Below are positions 49,901-63,900 of a stretch of DNA of 64,000 bases, one piece after another. Position 1 is the stretch's first letter, and each line of letters opens with the position of its first letter. The position numbers and the translations under genes were made by a program. A model generated the notes under the pieces. The model saw only the letters and a program-made list of their open reading frames with translations, was not told the DNA's origin and ran no database searches. Source of the DNA: Epiperipatus broadwayi (taxonomy: Eukaryota > Animalia > Onychophora); assembly GCA_028023455.1 (NCBI GenBank), contig JAQFVV010000009.1, positions 13,764,001 to 13,828,000 on the forward strand. Direction: 5' to 3'.

Positions 49901-52161
49901 TTTCTGTCTGATGAATTTTATATACTCCACTTTAGTTTAAGGATGTTTTATGTTTACCTAAATGTTAGTGCATACAGTGATATGGGTCTAAAAGCAAAAT
50001 CCTCTATTTTTGTTAGAAATAAAGTACTAAAAAGGGATTCAAACCCAGTACATGTGAAAAGATAATAAGATATAACTGTGTCTAAGTTCAGATAATCTAG
50101 TGGCGCCCTGCTAGACCATATTCACTTGTTATTTACTTAAATATGCACTTGACATCAAAGGAAGAGATGAAAATGGATAAAATCTACTGTCTGTATACCT
50201 GAGATATTTTATTGAGTTACCAGTGTACTCACCTACTTGATGTTATTTCCTGAGTTATAATAGTTTGTTCTTAATAATTGGTTTATAGTTTCTACTTGTT
50301 TATTGATGATACAATGCCTGCCTAACTCGGATTTGAAATAGGTTAGATACCAGATAACTGAGATGACTAGCCTCTAAGCATTATTGTTTCCAATCATTGA
50401 TATTATAATATATTTAAAATCTCAAGTAGAAAAGGTTGAATTTAAGCCACCGATATTTTTATTGATAATTAATATTTACTTGAGTATTGAAAGTAATAAA
50501 TTTTGATGACTATTTACAACTTATGAGTCCCCTTGATATGATTGATGACTCATCGTCTGATCTTTTGTTTAAAAGCCACTACTCAGGTATTATTATAATT
50601 TTTCTCATAATTTAATTTAAGTTACAATGCATTTTGATTCATAGCTTATACTCAGCAGATGGTAATATTTTATAAAATACAATTCTTTTCTCTTTGATAT
50701 AAAATTTAAGCTACAATTTTTTTTTCCGTTTATTAAGTTATAATATTTGGATTTGTGATATTTATAATATATTCGGATCTTTTGATCTAGTTTATTTATG
50801 TTAAAATATATATGACAATAAGATTTGTTTGATGGTAATTACATTTATTTGATGATGATAATTATATTAAATGATTTTATTATATGTAATAATTTGATTT
50901 AACTGTATTAGATTTTTTAAATTTATACGAATTTATATTTTCTTATATTTAAAATATTCTAATTATTTTGTTAGTTATAATAATTGTATGCTTAAGTTGT
51001 TTCATTATTTTTATAAATAGAGGGTTTAAATCCTAAAAGTATGGAAAGGTGAAGTGATAAAGTAGTAGAATCTGAAGCTCAACGTTTATGGATCATGACT
51101 TACTTCCAACACCTGAACATATAAACTCCTCAGCAACAAAACTATTTGATTATTTTTATTATCCAAATTATATTTAATTAAGCTACTTGTTTTTGAATTT
51201 AATGAAAACATATTTGTAAACAGAAAGCATCTGACACGTTTGTTTTGTTCCTTTTCACAAACAACTCTAGACTCTATAAAGCAGTGTTAGACAATTGGAA
51301 TTTTAAAAAAATGAGAATTCTTTGTGATTAGCAATGCTGAGCCATAAACTTGTGTATATTAGCTTAGCAATTAATACTGATCGTTATTATATGAATTTTG
51401 AGATGATCCTTTAACTAGAACTTTGCAATTACCAGCTATAAATTCACTGAAGCATCAATAAACTTCCAATTTTAATCTCAAAGCTACATAAAAGTTTTTC
51501 CAGAGGCATTATCTAGAGTCATTGAACTACAAATTCGAGAAATGAAGAACTAAACAACAGAATTTATCAAACTCCTGAATTCAATAAATGAAGTTATCTG
51601 CTGGCATCAAAGTAAAATTAGAAAGAATTTTTATAAATAGATACTCATCTATGCAAGTTTCATTCTTTAGCAAATGTTAAACTCTTTTAAATTCTAAAAT
51701 TAACTTTGTATATATTTTCTTTTGTATGATAGTAAATTACTATTATTTGAATATCTTTATATTATCAAACAATTAAACTAATCACATAAAAATAAGGTTA
51801 CCATTTTTGTTTCAAATTTAAAATCGGGACATTTGAAATTGCTCAGGCAGAATGAGTATAGTTGCCTATATAGAATATAAGTTGAAAAAAATGTTAGGGA
51901 GTATGCTTATCTTTTTTTTTTTTGTCCTTAAGTGGATGAATACAACAGATGAAATAAATGTAACATTAGAACAAAGTGGGTTTAATGAAAATAATTTACA
52001 ACAGTACTTATTAACTGAAACACACGGGCTTATTATATAACCTGTGTCTATATAAGTAATATATAGGGTATATCAGCACAGACTTTCACACAACCCACCA
52101 CTCTCAACACTGTCTCATAACACTGATAACACTTGAATCCATATATGTTGAAAAGATTAAA

Positions 52162-52218
52162 TAATCACCAATATACGTATTTCATGCTAAATCAGCAATC
52201 ATCAGTTGGTCCAGATTA
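52162..52218 (-). ncRNA. Minimal type I hammerhead ribozyme motif (third family), predicted AUA cleavage between 52172 and 52171
   Basis: Minus strand TAATC-TGG-ACCAA | CTGATGA | T-TGCT-GATTT-AGCA-T | GAAA-TACGTA-TA | TTGGT-GATTA. Intact core, 4-bp stem II, palindromic ATACGTAT stem III, and stem I of 5 bp plus bulge plus 5 bp. Confidence 0.75.
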
Positions 52219-53783
52219 CCATCTCTACACATATATGCTATAAGTGCTCAGATATATATTAAGATAGCCAAACCTCATACTCTAAAGGACTTATTATAAT
52301 TCCCTAAACTGCACTGGTTACATTTTACAACTAACTAGATTAATAACCAGAAAACCAGTACTGTACTGATAGTCACATAAAAATTAAGTTTTTTATCATA
52401 TCAAGATACTGTAATGATATTTTGATAATAATTGAATTCTAAGATATACTTTATATATTGATTTATATTCTTAATCTATGTATACATTTTTTTAACGTGT
52501 TAATTAAATATTGTTCTGTTATTAACTTTTTTTTTAAAAAAAAAAATTCAAAATAGTGATTATATCAATGATAATTATGATTTTATATTTTTAAGCTGCA
52601 TTTGGCAACTGAAATTTGTAATATATATTTGTCTGAGTATAGACAATTCTATCTCAAATTCATTGATCAATCATACAAAGAGCTGCAATATCCTAGTAAA
52701 ATGAATAATGCTGGTGATAATAATTATGAAAGGTAACTAAGTATAGTGGAACCACAGTATATGCTACATTTTGTTCTAAGCTCTCCTAACAGAATATTGT
52801 TTATTGAACTGCTAATGCACAGTAACTTTTCAACATACATATATAAATAAATCATATGATATAATATAGAATATCTTTATATAAGAGCAATAATTATATA
52901 TTAATAATAATAATATATAAAAGCTCTTCTGCAAGTATTAATTTTTGCTTTTTTTCAATGTGTTGTAACTATTTTACAATTATTATATATGTACAATTAT
53001 TGCTGTTATGTAAAGATATATTGTATGATTTATTTAAATATATGTAAAAGCAGCATAATGGATTAAACTTTCTATTTTTGATGAACATATGTAAATATAA
53101 TACAGTCACTTTTTTTATATGTATAGTATGCTTTTGTAAAAGAAAATTATATTATAAACAAAATGTTTAGAAAATAATAATAATATAGTTATTAGCAAAA
53201 AATTAACGGACACATTTTATTCCCTGAAAAATTTAGAATAAGAAGAAAAAAAAGTATTGTACAGGATTTTTATTTCTTAAATAAATTAGATAGTGAAATA
53301 TCTGACTTTCATCCAATTAAATAAACTCTGAATAATATTCTTTTTTTCAATAACTTTTTTTCTTATAGAAATTTAATAGTAGTCTTATTATTAAGAAATT
53401 ATGACCTGATTGTTTTGATGTTTTTTAAATCAAAACTTTAAGTATGTTCTAAAATTTTGTAAAACTTTTAGCATTAGGCTTAGAAAATATTTTATTATGT
53501 GGAATATTGCAGAAAAGAAAATATATTTGCTTTCAACATAAACCAATGAAATTTTATTATTAGATATGATCATATACTGCACTCAGACAAAAAAATGAAA
53601 CCTCTCATAATTTAAAGTTTATTTACAGATTTTTTAAAAATGTGATTATATATGGCTTCAGATAAGGAAAGTGGCTACTCATGTATCATAAAATGTATTT
53701 TAAATTTTTGTTTGTGTGTTTGTTATATTTGTTGTTTGTTTTTTTTTTTTTTTTGGATAGCATATATTTGAAGTTATGTAAAT

Positions 53784-54283
53784 CACTAGACATCAAATGA
53801 TCACTATTTATACTTACACAAGCTGTTTAAACAGAGGCAAAACTAAGCATAAAGGATAGTGATCATGAGATGTTTAGTGTTTTAATACCACTCCTGCCCA
53901 ATAGGATTATGGTGACTGTGGTTATTAAAGAACCAAAGACACCAAAGAGTATGGATGCTGAACTGAGTTCAGATCCATGCAACTATACAAGCTACTGAGC
54001 TTGAATTGGAAACATTATTGTGTTTTCATTTTGTATTCAAAGCTTTATAGTTAAGTAATGATGTAAAAGATGGCTTCTGGGGGGTTACATTAGATCCTAA
54101 GATCTAAATGCAGTGCTCTCAGGTCCAAGCTCCTCACCAATGAAAGCCACAAGCTAGAAACTGGTCTGGGGATATTGGATGAGTATGCATTAGATAGAGA
54201 TTTTATGCACAAACCTTCTTGCTTTCATTGATTACTCTGGCTTGCACTGAGTGGTGGTACTGTATGGAGAGTTTAGCCTCTGT
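53784..54283 (+). mobile_element. Family X copy with a short foldback head and a degenerate hammerhead core
   Basis: 53784-53844 is a tail-head junction in one orientation and 53845-54283 is a nearly full unit in the other. The motif at 54131-54172 reads TCCTCA-CCAATGA-A-AGC-CACAA-GCT-A-GAAA-CTGGTC-TGGGGA. Confidence 0.85.
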
Positions 54284-57167
54284 AATTTCATAAAACATAT
54301 TCAGTAATATTTACTACATTATCCCTTTTTTTAACATTAAGAAATTGATTGTCCTTATCAAAAATATTGAAATAATTTTTTTATATTTTATCTGTTATTA
54401 TCAATCCTATACTTAATTTTTTTTTTTTGTCTTTATTTATCATTTTAAAAATCAATTTCTCTCACAATCTATTTATAGATAGATATATACAATTATTTGG
54501 TTTAATTCTAACATGTATATATTTGCTAATAAAAAAATTCAAAAATATAAAACAATAATATAAAATTATTTTTTTATAATAACCAAAAAATGATTACGAT
54601 CACATACAATTCAAAGATACAACAGTGAAATATCAATAAATAACTTGCAATATTCTGTGAACAAAAGAGTAACCGTCATTGGAAATTTCTATTTATGTAG
54701 ATTGACAGCTAATCGTGTTTTCTTGTTGCATTACTTGAATCTCCAAGATGTTATTCAAACACAAAGCCCAATTAAAATAGTTTAACGCTGACATTGGTGA
54801 TGCATAATTTTTATCTTTGAACAAAATTTAAGAAACTCTATTTATTTTATCATTTACAAATTTCAGCATATTGAGATTACCTTAAAAAGTATTTTATTTC
54901 ATAGCCAATATAAAAGAGCAGATTCCATGAATTTTTTTGTCAATGTTTCTGCTAATTAGTTTTAAAATGAATAAAAAATTTGTTTTAAGAAATGAATAAT
55001 TTTTTTTATTAAAACTAGGGGGAGGTAGTCTTTTTTTTTTTTTTTTTACCATTAAAACCATTTCTTTCTCTCTTTTAAAAAAAAATTATTTAGACAAAAT
55101 TTATTTTTTAAAATATGTATCATTTTTGCATCTAATCCATTTCAGTGCTTGAAGGAGCTATTCTTTGCCTCATCTATTGACTCAGCTCTTTATGTAATTT
55201 ATTGCTTGGATCCTTCCTTAGCATTAAGTTCATATTCTCACTTTTTTAAATCATATCTAACTTCTGAAAGAAATACGGATAAAGTTTGTTAGTTGTCTAT
55301 TAGATTTCTACACTTAATGCAAATCATGACAGCCTACTAGATGACTTCTAGAAACTCATTTTTATATATACTTCATTTCACATGTGATTGAAAATTAATA
55401 ATTTTTTTATTTTACTTATATGTATGTTATTAGATCATGTTTTTCACAGTAGACAATTTTTATGCTAAGAATATTTGAGAGATATAGGAATAATACTTAT
55501 AAAGTTTAAAATAACAAGCACAGATAAAATTTACTTTGGTTATCTGTAGTTATGGGGTGGAAACATCTAATATGAATTCTTATTGAATGTAATCTATTAC
55601 TATGAAACTTTAAAAGTATTCTTTGATCTAAAACAAGGAAGATGAACCTGATTTAGATGACATTTACAAACTATTAAATATCTTAACAGTGCATTAAAAA
55701 TGCCTTTAGGTATGTGTCTAATTATAAATAATAAGAGGTATAATTCTAAGTAAATTTAAAATAATTATATATATAATAATAATCTTTTTAACAATGCTTA
55801 TATTTAAAAATAAATTGAATATACTCTTAATATATATTTATTGGTCAAAAGTTGTTTCTGTATTATTATAAATGCAGATTGGCTGAGTTCAAAACCCTAT
55901 GTTGTTGTTTTTTTAATTTTAGACTTTTAACTTGATAGTAGACAAGGAGTTAACTTTGAAACTCAAATCCTCATTCATAAATGCAAAAACCAGAAACTGG
56001 TCCAGAAATAAAATTTTAAATGCTCTTCTAGTAAACACCAACCATTCAAGCTTACTAAAGATAGCACTAGAGCTAAGCTGGGTGGTGATTCATCAGTGGT
56101 ACCTTGCCACTGCTTTTTACTCTCAAATAAATAATTTATTATGGCATCTCAGTATTTTAATTAAATTGTAAATTTCAATTTTATATACTCTAAATGTATT
56201 ATATATATATTGATATGAAGATTTTCATAAGTTACAGATATAAATGACATTTTATGGATTTATCCATGCATGATTTTGATAATAAATATACTAACATTTT
56301 GGTTTGATCACAAAAGCCATCAACTGAGTGATGAATAGAATATTATAACGATGATTGTAGGAATGCTGTAAACATTGATTTATTATAAGATTAAAGTTCC
56401 ACTAATAGAAAAAAAAACAGGTATATAAAATTGAAAAATAAAGTCTTCCAAATAGAAGGAAATTTGAATGTGTCATCACATTTGTTGATACAATGTGGAT
56501 TTTTTAATATTCCAATAGCTTTTTTGATCTTACATTGTGTGATTAAACTGAAATGTCAGTATATTTATTATCAAAATCTTACACAGATGAACTTGAAATA
56601 AATATATATATATAATTAAACATCTAAATACATAGCAACATGAAATAGCTTTAATTTGAAAGGTAACAAAAATTCCTATAATGGCTAAATTTAAATTAAC
56701 ATTATTCAATATATATATATTATACAAAGTTCAAGATATTTGCTATATATTATGGTAAATGTTGGATTAACATTATTATAAGAGTTAACTAAGCCTTACA
56801 TAACAGGATTAAAGGAAATGCATTGCTATGTTAGTTTTCTAATCGTGGATATTTATTTAATTTAGAAAATGTTAAGCTGATTTGTTCTGAATGTAATGAT
56901 TGGGGAAAAAAGATAAAAGAAGCATGTTACATTATCAATGAAAATGTCATTATCAAAAGATCAAATAGCATTCTATTAAGTATTTACTAACCCCTTTAAA
57001 TATAAATAGTGATAAAATGGACTTTATAAATAACTAAAATGTTCTAGTTACTTCAATCGCAACTAAAATAAATACATTTAAGGATTCCTTTTTTTATTAA
57101 CACACTAGTGTACAAGTTGCTCTCTATATATATTGATAATATTTTCACAGGTGAACCCACAAAGTAT

Positions 57168-59400
57168 ATCATCAACCATTATTGATCCATTGCAGGATGA
57201 AAATCCAATTTTAATCCAGTTTTTCCCATTTATAGCATCTTTTCTCTATATCATACTTCTTAATTTCTTCCATTCATCTTACATCTTTCTAAATTTTTTA
57301 CAATATTTTGATGTCCAGTTTGACTGCATTTGTCATCTTATTATCATTTCTTTTAGTAATATGTTCAAATTGGTTCCATTTTAATATCTTGTTTTTTCAA
57401 TGATATTTAATGACAACTATTTGTTCTCTTGCTTATGTATTTCATTTTTGAGCTGTATCTTGTTATTCCCAACATCTATTTTACTGAGTGGTCAGAAGCC
57501 TTTGTATTGCTCTTATTAATTGTACAACTCTAGGATCTATATGTAAGAACACTGATCAAAAACATCTACTAAAAACCGTTTTCAAACTTGTAGGCATATT
57601 TCCTTTTGATATTAAATTATTTTAATCAAAAGCATTTCAAGTTTAATTCTTTGATTAATTTTATCTATTATGCTTTTATATATATTAATAATCTGGCATA
57701 TTTTTAGTCAAGAACTTTTTCTAATTCATTGTTATCAATATTTATTTTCTTATTTTTATCTGATAACTCTTGCAGCATTTTCCAAAGATCAGAAGTATTA
57801 TCAGCTACAAATTTTAGATGATTTAAATATTTATTTAATCCACAAAATATTTCCCATAAAACTACTGTAAAAATGTTTTAGAGATATGGATTCACCTTCA
57901 TTTACCCACCATGTAATCTAACCATCATTCAGAATTTGATATCTTCTATCTATATCCTAATGTTACAATGCTGTAATCACTCAGAAATATTTATAGAATC
58001 AAATGCTTTTTTTTACAATGTACAAACTCAAAGCATAATGGTAACTTGTAGCCAATGAATTTTGCCATCTATTTGTCTTTTTCTTCATCTACTTCTTTTA
58101 ATATATTGATAATAATTCCATCATTTTCTAGAACTTTTCCTTTCTTAATAAATTTAATTTCATATTCTCATCTCTTCATTTAAAATGCTTAGCAATTCAG
58201 AAGATATAAGGATACTTTGTTTTCTGTTCTTTGTAATTATATAATTCTTTGTGAACTCTTCCTCACATAGCATGATATCCCCCCCCCCTTTTTTTTTTTA
58301 CAAAAATTTCCATTTTTTTATTACTGAAATAATTTTGCTTTCAAACTTATTTGCTTTTATAGTTTTCTTTTTCCAATTCATTTATATTTTCTTATATCAT
58401 TATTAACTCTTTTTATTAATATTTTATAAAGTTTCAGATATTTAATTTTTCATAATGAATCATTTTTAAATATTTTAGTATATATATATTTATGACATTT
58501 TATTCATGAATTTCTGCTTTTATGCACCAACTATCTTGGTTGCAGTTCTTAGTAGTATAACAGTTATCTTTTTATTGATCTCAATTAAGTCTGGGCTATC
58601 TTCACAATCTGTTAATATTTTAAAACAATTTCTGTAAAGTCTAATTTAAATTTATTGAAGTGTTTTTAAAGATTATGAATAACAATTTTTAATACTGTTT
58701 TTTTTTAATAGTTTTTATCTCTGTAGTTTTTTCACTAATCAATGATTACTTTCTGTGTGAAATCTATTAATATTATAATCTTGAAATACACATTTTTGTA
58801 GCAAAATATAATTTAATTCTGCTATAAAGGATGAATTTTATTTCCATGTAGCATTTTTCTCAAAGAAAGAATTTATAATTTTTCTACAACTTTCACATTT
58901 GTATGTTCTCTTATTTCTGTCATTATAATCAAATTTACTTTCTTAATCACTTTCATCTTCAATCATTTTCCATTTCTACCATTAAAGCTTTCTGTGACAA
59001 TAATAAAATGTTTGACATGATCAAACAATTTTCATTCATCCATATAAAATCCTAGTTTTTCATCATACTGAGAACTTGATGGGATATTAAATTGAATAAC
59101 TAATCTTGCCACTCAATCTGATATACTATTAATTCCCACAATGTTGTTTTTATAATGAACAATTCCATTTATGCTTTCAATACTTGTACTTTTATAGTAA
59201 AGTACATACTAATTATCTTCACATTTTCTTCTATTTCATAAAATTCAATAATATCCAATTTGATATATAATTCTTCCAATTCATGCAATTGTCCTTAACT
59301 TGAAATATAGGAAACTAAATAAAATATCAAATTGTTGCCTGGGTTTGCAATCATGATATACTTAGCAACATCTGCCTTCACCAACTGCTATTTTGGATAA
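57168..59400 (-). mobile_element. Heavily decayed, internally deleted RTE-clade LINE (endonuclease plus RT)
   Basis: Minus-strand remnants in the expected order: INSISD.VARL, FIIVTESFNGRNGK (GDFNAK-like), KGKVLENDGI, KAFDSI, GESISLNIF, LNHLKFVADN, MLQELS and FILQWINNG**. The 5' boundary is approximate. Confidence 0.75.
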
Positions 59401-59804
59401 TTTTTAGTTTATATATCATAATATAAATATTTAAAAAATCATTCACACACTCATTCATTCTGCATTCAAGAATACAACTGATATTTCAGTTAAGAACTGT
59501 CAGGTAACAGAGAAAAATATATGATGTTTTTTGGTCTTAAACTCAAAAGTAAAAATAAACACTTCATGTTGACTGATGCATGTTAATAATCATTCATGGT
59601 TGATTAGCATATGAATAATTACATAGCAATAACAGCTGTGGTGGTAAGGTTATATGGATTGGGCATTAGAAATTTGCCCTGCTTGCATCCTTTAAGGAAT
59701 GATAGTTTACAATTAAACTGCTTTGTGTAGCATTGACTATTCTAAAATGTGATTGTTAGGATGGAAAAGTTTATGTCTATATATAATTAAAACTCATCAT
59801 AACC

Positions 59805-60900
59805 AACCCCTTTCCTTTTCTCCCCCTCCTCCCCCGCCCCCCCCCCCCTCTCCCTCCCCCCCTTGGGGTCCCGCCGGGGGTGGCGCCGGGGTGCCCGGGG
59901 GGTTTCCTCCGGGCGGGGGCCCCCGGGCTCGGCCTCGCTCGGTTTGGTTTCCCTGTGGGTTCCCGGCTCGCTTTTGATCGGCGGCGGGGCCGTGTGGTGC
60001 CTGGGTTCTCCCCCTGCTTGTTCGGGTGGTGGTCCGAGGGGCCGGGAAAAGGCGCGGGGGCCCCCCACGCCCCGGGGGGGGGGGCCGGGGGGCGGCCCTG
60101 CGCTCCCGGCCCCTCTTTCCCGGGGTCCGGGGGCCCCGTGGGTTGGTGCGGGGGGCCCTTGCGGTGTTCGCTGGTCCTTCCGCCCCGGGCGGTTGCCCCC
60201 CGGCCCGCCGCGGGGGTGTCTCCCCCCCCTCAACTCCTCGGGGCCCTTTTTGTAGTCGGTCTGGGGGCCGTGCCCCTTTCCAGGGCGTCTTGCGCGGCCC
60301 CCCTTCTCCCCCGCGTGCCCCCCCGCCCTTGCCCCCGGCGGGTTGGCGGCCCCCTTGGGGGGGGCGGTCGGGCGCCTCCAAGGGGACCCCCATAAGGGCT
60401 CGGTTTCTTCGGCTTGGGGGGGCAAAGCCCCCGCCCCCTCCCCGGCCCCCCCCTTCGGGTTCTTGGTCCCCTCTCCCGCTTTGGGGTGGGGCGGCAAAGT
60501 TCGGCCCCCTTTCTTCTGTTGGGCCCACCCGGGGGCCAAATCTTTGCCCTCCGGGCTTTGTCTTTTTTACCCGCCCCGCCTTTGCGTGTTCTTATTTGGG
60601 GGGCGCGTGTCTCGCCAGGACCCCCGTACCTCCGTGTTGCCCCTTCCCGAATTTCCTGGGCCTCCTTTTCCCGCCCCGGGTGGCCTCGGTTTTTGCACGG
60701 GAAGGGGGGGGGTGGGTCTCTCTGTGTTTGCCCTTATATCCCCCTCCCTTGGTCCCCGCCTTTCCCTTTACGGGCCCCTTTGTTCTAGCCTGCGGGCGGG
60801 TAGGGGTTGGGCGGCGTTTATCTTCCAGGGGGAAAGGAAGTTGTTCTTGGGGGAAGCCGAAAATATTCAAGGGGGAAACTTCGATTTGCTTCTTGTTACG
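59805..60900. other. Extreme GC-rich, A-poor low-complexity block, probably low-quality sequence
   Basis: Abrupt switch from AT-rich DNA to G/C homopolymer runs, with whole 60-nt lines almost lacking A. Overlapping G/P/R-rich ORFs occur in all frames without recognisable motifs. Confidence 0.6.
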
Positions 60901-63900
60901 GAAGTTTTTGACAAAGTCAAAGGTGTCCGGTTTGTGAAATCCGCGTGTTGTTGCTTCCAACTGTTTTTTCCGTCTTGAAAACCCCGAGATACATTGAGTA
61001 TTCCGATCCGGAATCTACCTCCATGCAGATTTAGTTTGTTATAGCCTCTTGTGTAGTTGTGGGTTTTTCTGTCACTATGGAGTTGTATATTAGGTCCATC
61101 CCCTCAGTTCCGTTCCTCTTTCCTGCCTGCCTGGGTGGATGTGTCTGGTGTCCTGTTTTAATACTTTTGATTGTTTTTGCAAAAATATTTTGTGGAAAAG
61201 GATTTGTGAAATTTAAAATGATTTATGTTTTTAAATGTTTGTATTTGGTAGAAATGCGCGGTGTTGTATTAATATGATGATGAATAAAAATCTGTTGTGT
61301 TATTTGCTGGCATCTAGGTTATGTTTTTCGTGAATGTTTCATCTCTCATCAAAAAATTAGGTGGAGTTTAAATTCCTTAGAGTTCATCGCGAGAAAAATA
61401 ATTTTTTTTGTTGATTGTGTAGATTATAGGGTTGGATTAAAGTATTGTTTAAGTGTTATATTTCTAGTGATGGGGTTCAATATCTAGTTTATACTGAATA
61501 TTTTTTTTATATATTGAAATAAAATTGTTGTATATATATAGTTGTGGGTGTGATGTGATATTGAATATTTAATTATTGTTGAGTTGAAGAAAATATTTTG
61601 TGTTTTGTATAAGTAAAGGAAAAAAAAAATATTCTGAAGTGTTGTGTTCAATAATTATATTATTTATTTATTTTTAATATTTTTTTATGAATTTTATTTT
61701 TGGTATAACACACATATTTAGAGTTCACAAATAAATATTCCATTAATCTGCAATCATTATTACACTAGGATGATAAAAAGAAGCCTAAATATATACATGT
61801 GTGCAATAAAATAATAAACCACAACGGTAATATTATATTTTATAAATAATTATAATAAAACAGAAGTGAAATACTTTCAGTTAATTTCTTAATTAATCTT
61901 TTTCAAATGAAAACCATTTGTATTTAGCAGAAGTAAATGCCATGATATATCCCAACATTCATGACTTTTAACTTTTGCACACTGATATACTTTATTTTAT
62001 TTATATATGATATGTGCAATATTATAACTTTTCTAATACATTTAAAATTAGTAGTAGCAAACAAAGGAAGTATACTTACTGCTCTCTAGAGTGACAAATT
62101 TTAAGTTTCCAATATTTATCATAGCATAAAAGAAATTGTCCTGGCCCTCCTTTGATAGAAAATTAATGCTGTCTTCTGATAAAGTCCAAAAATATTCATT
62201 CTAAGCATTATCATAGCAGTAATAGTTCTATTTGTAAATAATATTTTTAATTACGTGAAATCACATCGGTGTTTTAACAAATAATCTTTTTTGATATGGT
62301 ATTGTGTACATATAAATATATGTATGATAAAATTTTGCAATAAATAGATTGGAATTATCATCAGACAAAAAATAAGTACAATTCACTCATTGCTAGCCAT
62401 TAATAAATAAATTTAGCTATTCTAATGTCAGAAAAAAAAAATTAAGATAAGATGTGTGATGATTATAGAAATCAGTTTGTAAAAGTTGAATACATTTTCA
62501 TGTTCCTTGAACTAGTTGTTTTTTTTTTTACTTCACATCTTGCAACAGTATCTTAATTTCTGCACCTTTTTTTTTCTGAAAGATTTCCAGATTGTATTCA
62601 AACTCGTCCATATCCTATTGAAAGTAATATATATATATATTATTTTAGAGTGTTTTAATGTAACTTTTATAATGCAAATGAGATCTACATCTTCCAAAAC
62701 TGTGTAAATTCATCTTTTATTTATTTTACATATCCAATTCAATGAAGATCTGATATTAAACAATTGGTCATATATTCTGTGTCACATTTTCAGAATATAA
62801 ATATTTTTTAAATGAAAATTTTCCTTTATTTATTTTACATTAATAATGTTTCTTGATTCATTTTTGTATAATAAATTTTGCAGAATAGCAACTCTATATG
62901 TAAAAAATTATCACTATAAAGAAAAATGCATATTTTCAGTTTCTTAAATGTGATAATGCCATATTGAAATTTGATCCAGTTCTATTTTTCTATAAAACAT
63001 TATTATGAATTTTAAACTTAGACATATTCTCAAATTAATAATCATTCAATATAAAAGTTGTTGACATTCTTTCTTTAATAACTGGCTGATAATCACCTGA
63101 GAAGATTAGTCTTAGTAAGTTGCATTAAAAACATTTTGTAGACTATTATATAAATTGTTGAGAGTATTATAATCATCAACAGAAGACAAAAAGATCAAAT
63201 TCATATTTTTTCTTTTAATTAAGCAGTTTAAATTAAAACCCATTTCACATCTTAATACCTGCTAAGCTACCTATTATTATTACAAAGATTTCCGCCATTA
63301 AAATAAAACAAAAATAACGTTTGAATATTAAATGTCTCACATTTTCCAATGCCAGTAATAATATTTTCTCTTGTACCATTTTGTTGAAGCTACATAATAT
63401 GAACAAACTTGTAGATGCTGTATAATATAAACAAATCAGTTAATTTAATTCACTGTTAAAAACGTTGTTGATTAATTGAGATAAATGTCTTAATTTAATA
63501 GATAAAAGCCATATATAAATCACACCTTTACTCATAAAATGTTTTTTGCATTTTTTTTTTTGTTAATTAAAGCTACCTATAATTCTAAAAATTCCCATAC
63601 TTTTGAATCTAATGTGTTAAATCTAATATATTAATATTATATTTTAAAACTTTTTCAGATATCTCTATCTAAATAATATATCTTTAAAAGCTGTCCGTTT
63701 GAGTTCTTGTATTATTATTCAAATATGATGAAAATACTGCTCTAATTTGTTTGAGCTATCATTATTAGCATTAAAGTACTTCCACTCAGGTGTTTGTTGC
63801 AATATGTCAAGAAAAAGTTCTAAAGTGGCCATAACCAACAGATGATTATGTTCTGTGCAGTTTTAATCTACTAATCATTATTAAAACTTTTCAATACATT

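Noticed and set aside
59753-60978. Ten overlapping ORFs of up to 303 aa
   Set aside because: Stop codons are rare in such GC-rich, A-poor sequence. The products are low-complexity G/P/R/A strings open in all frames with no motifs.
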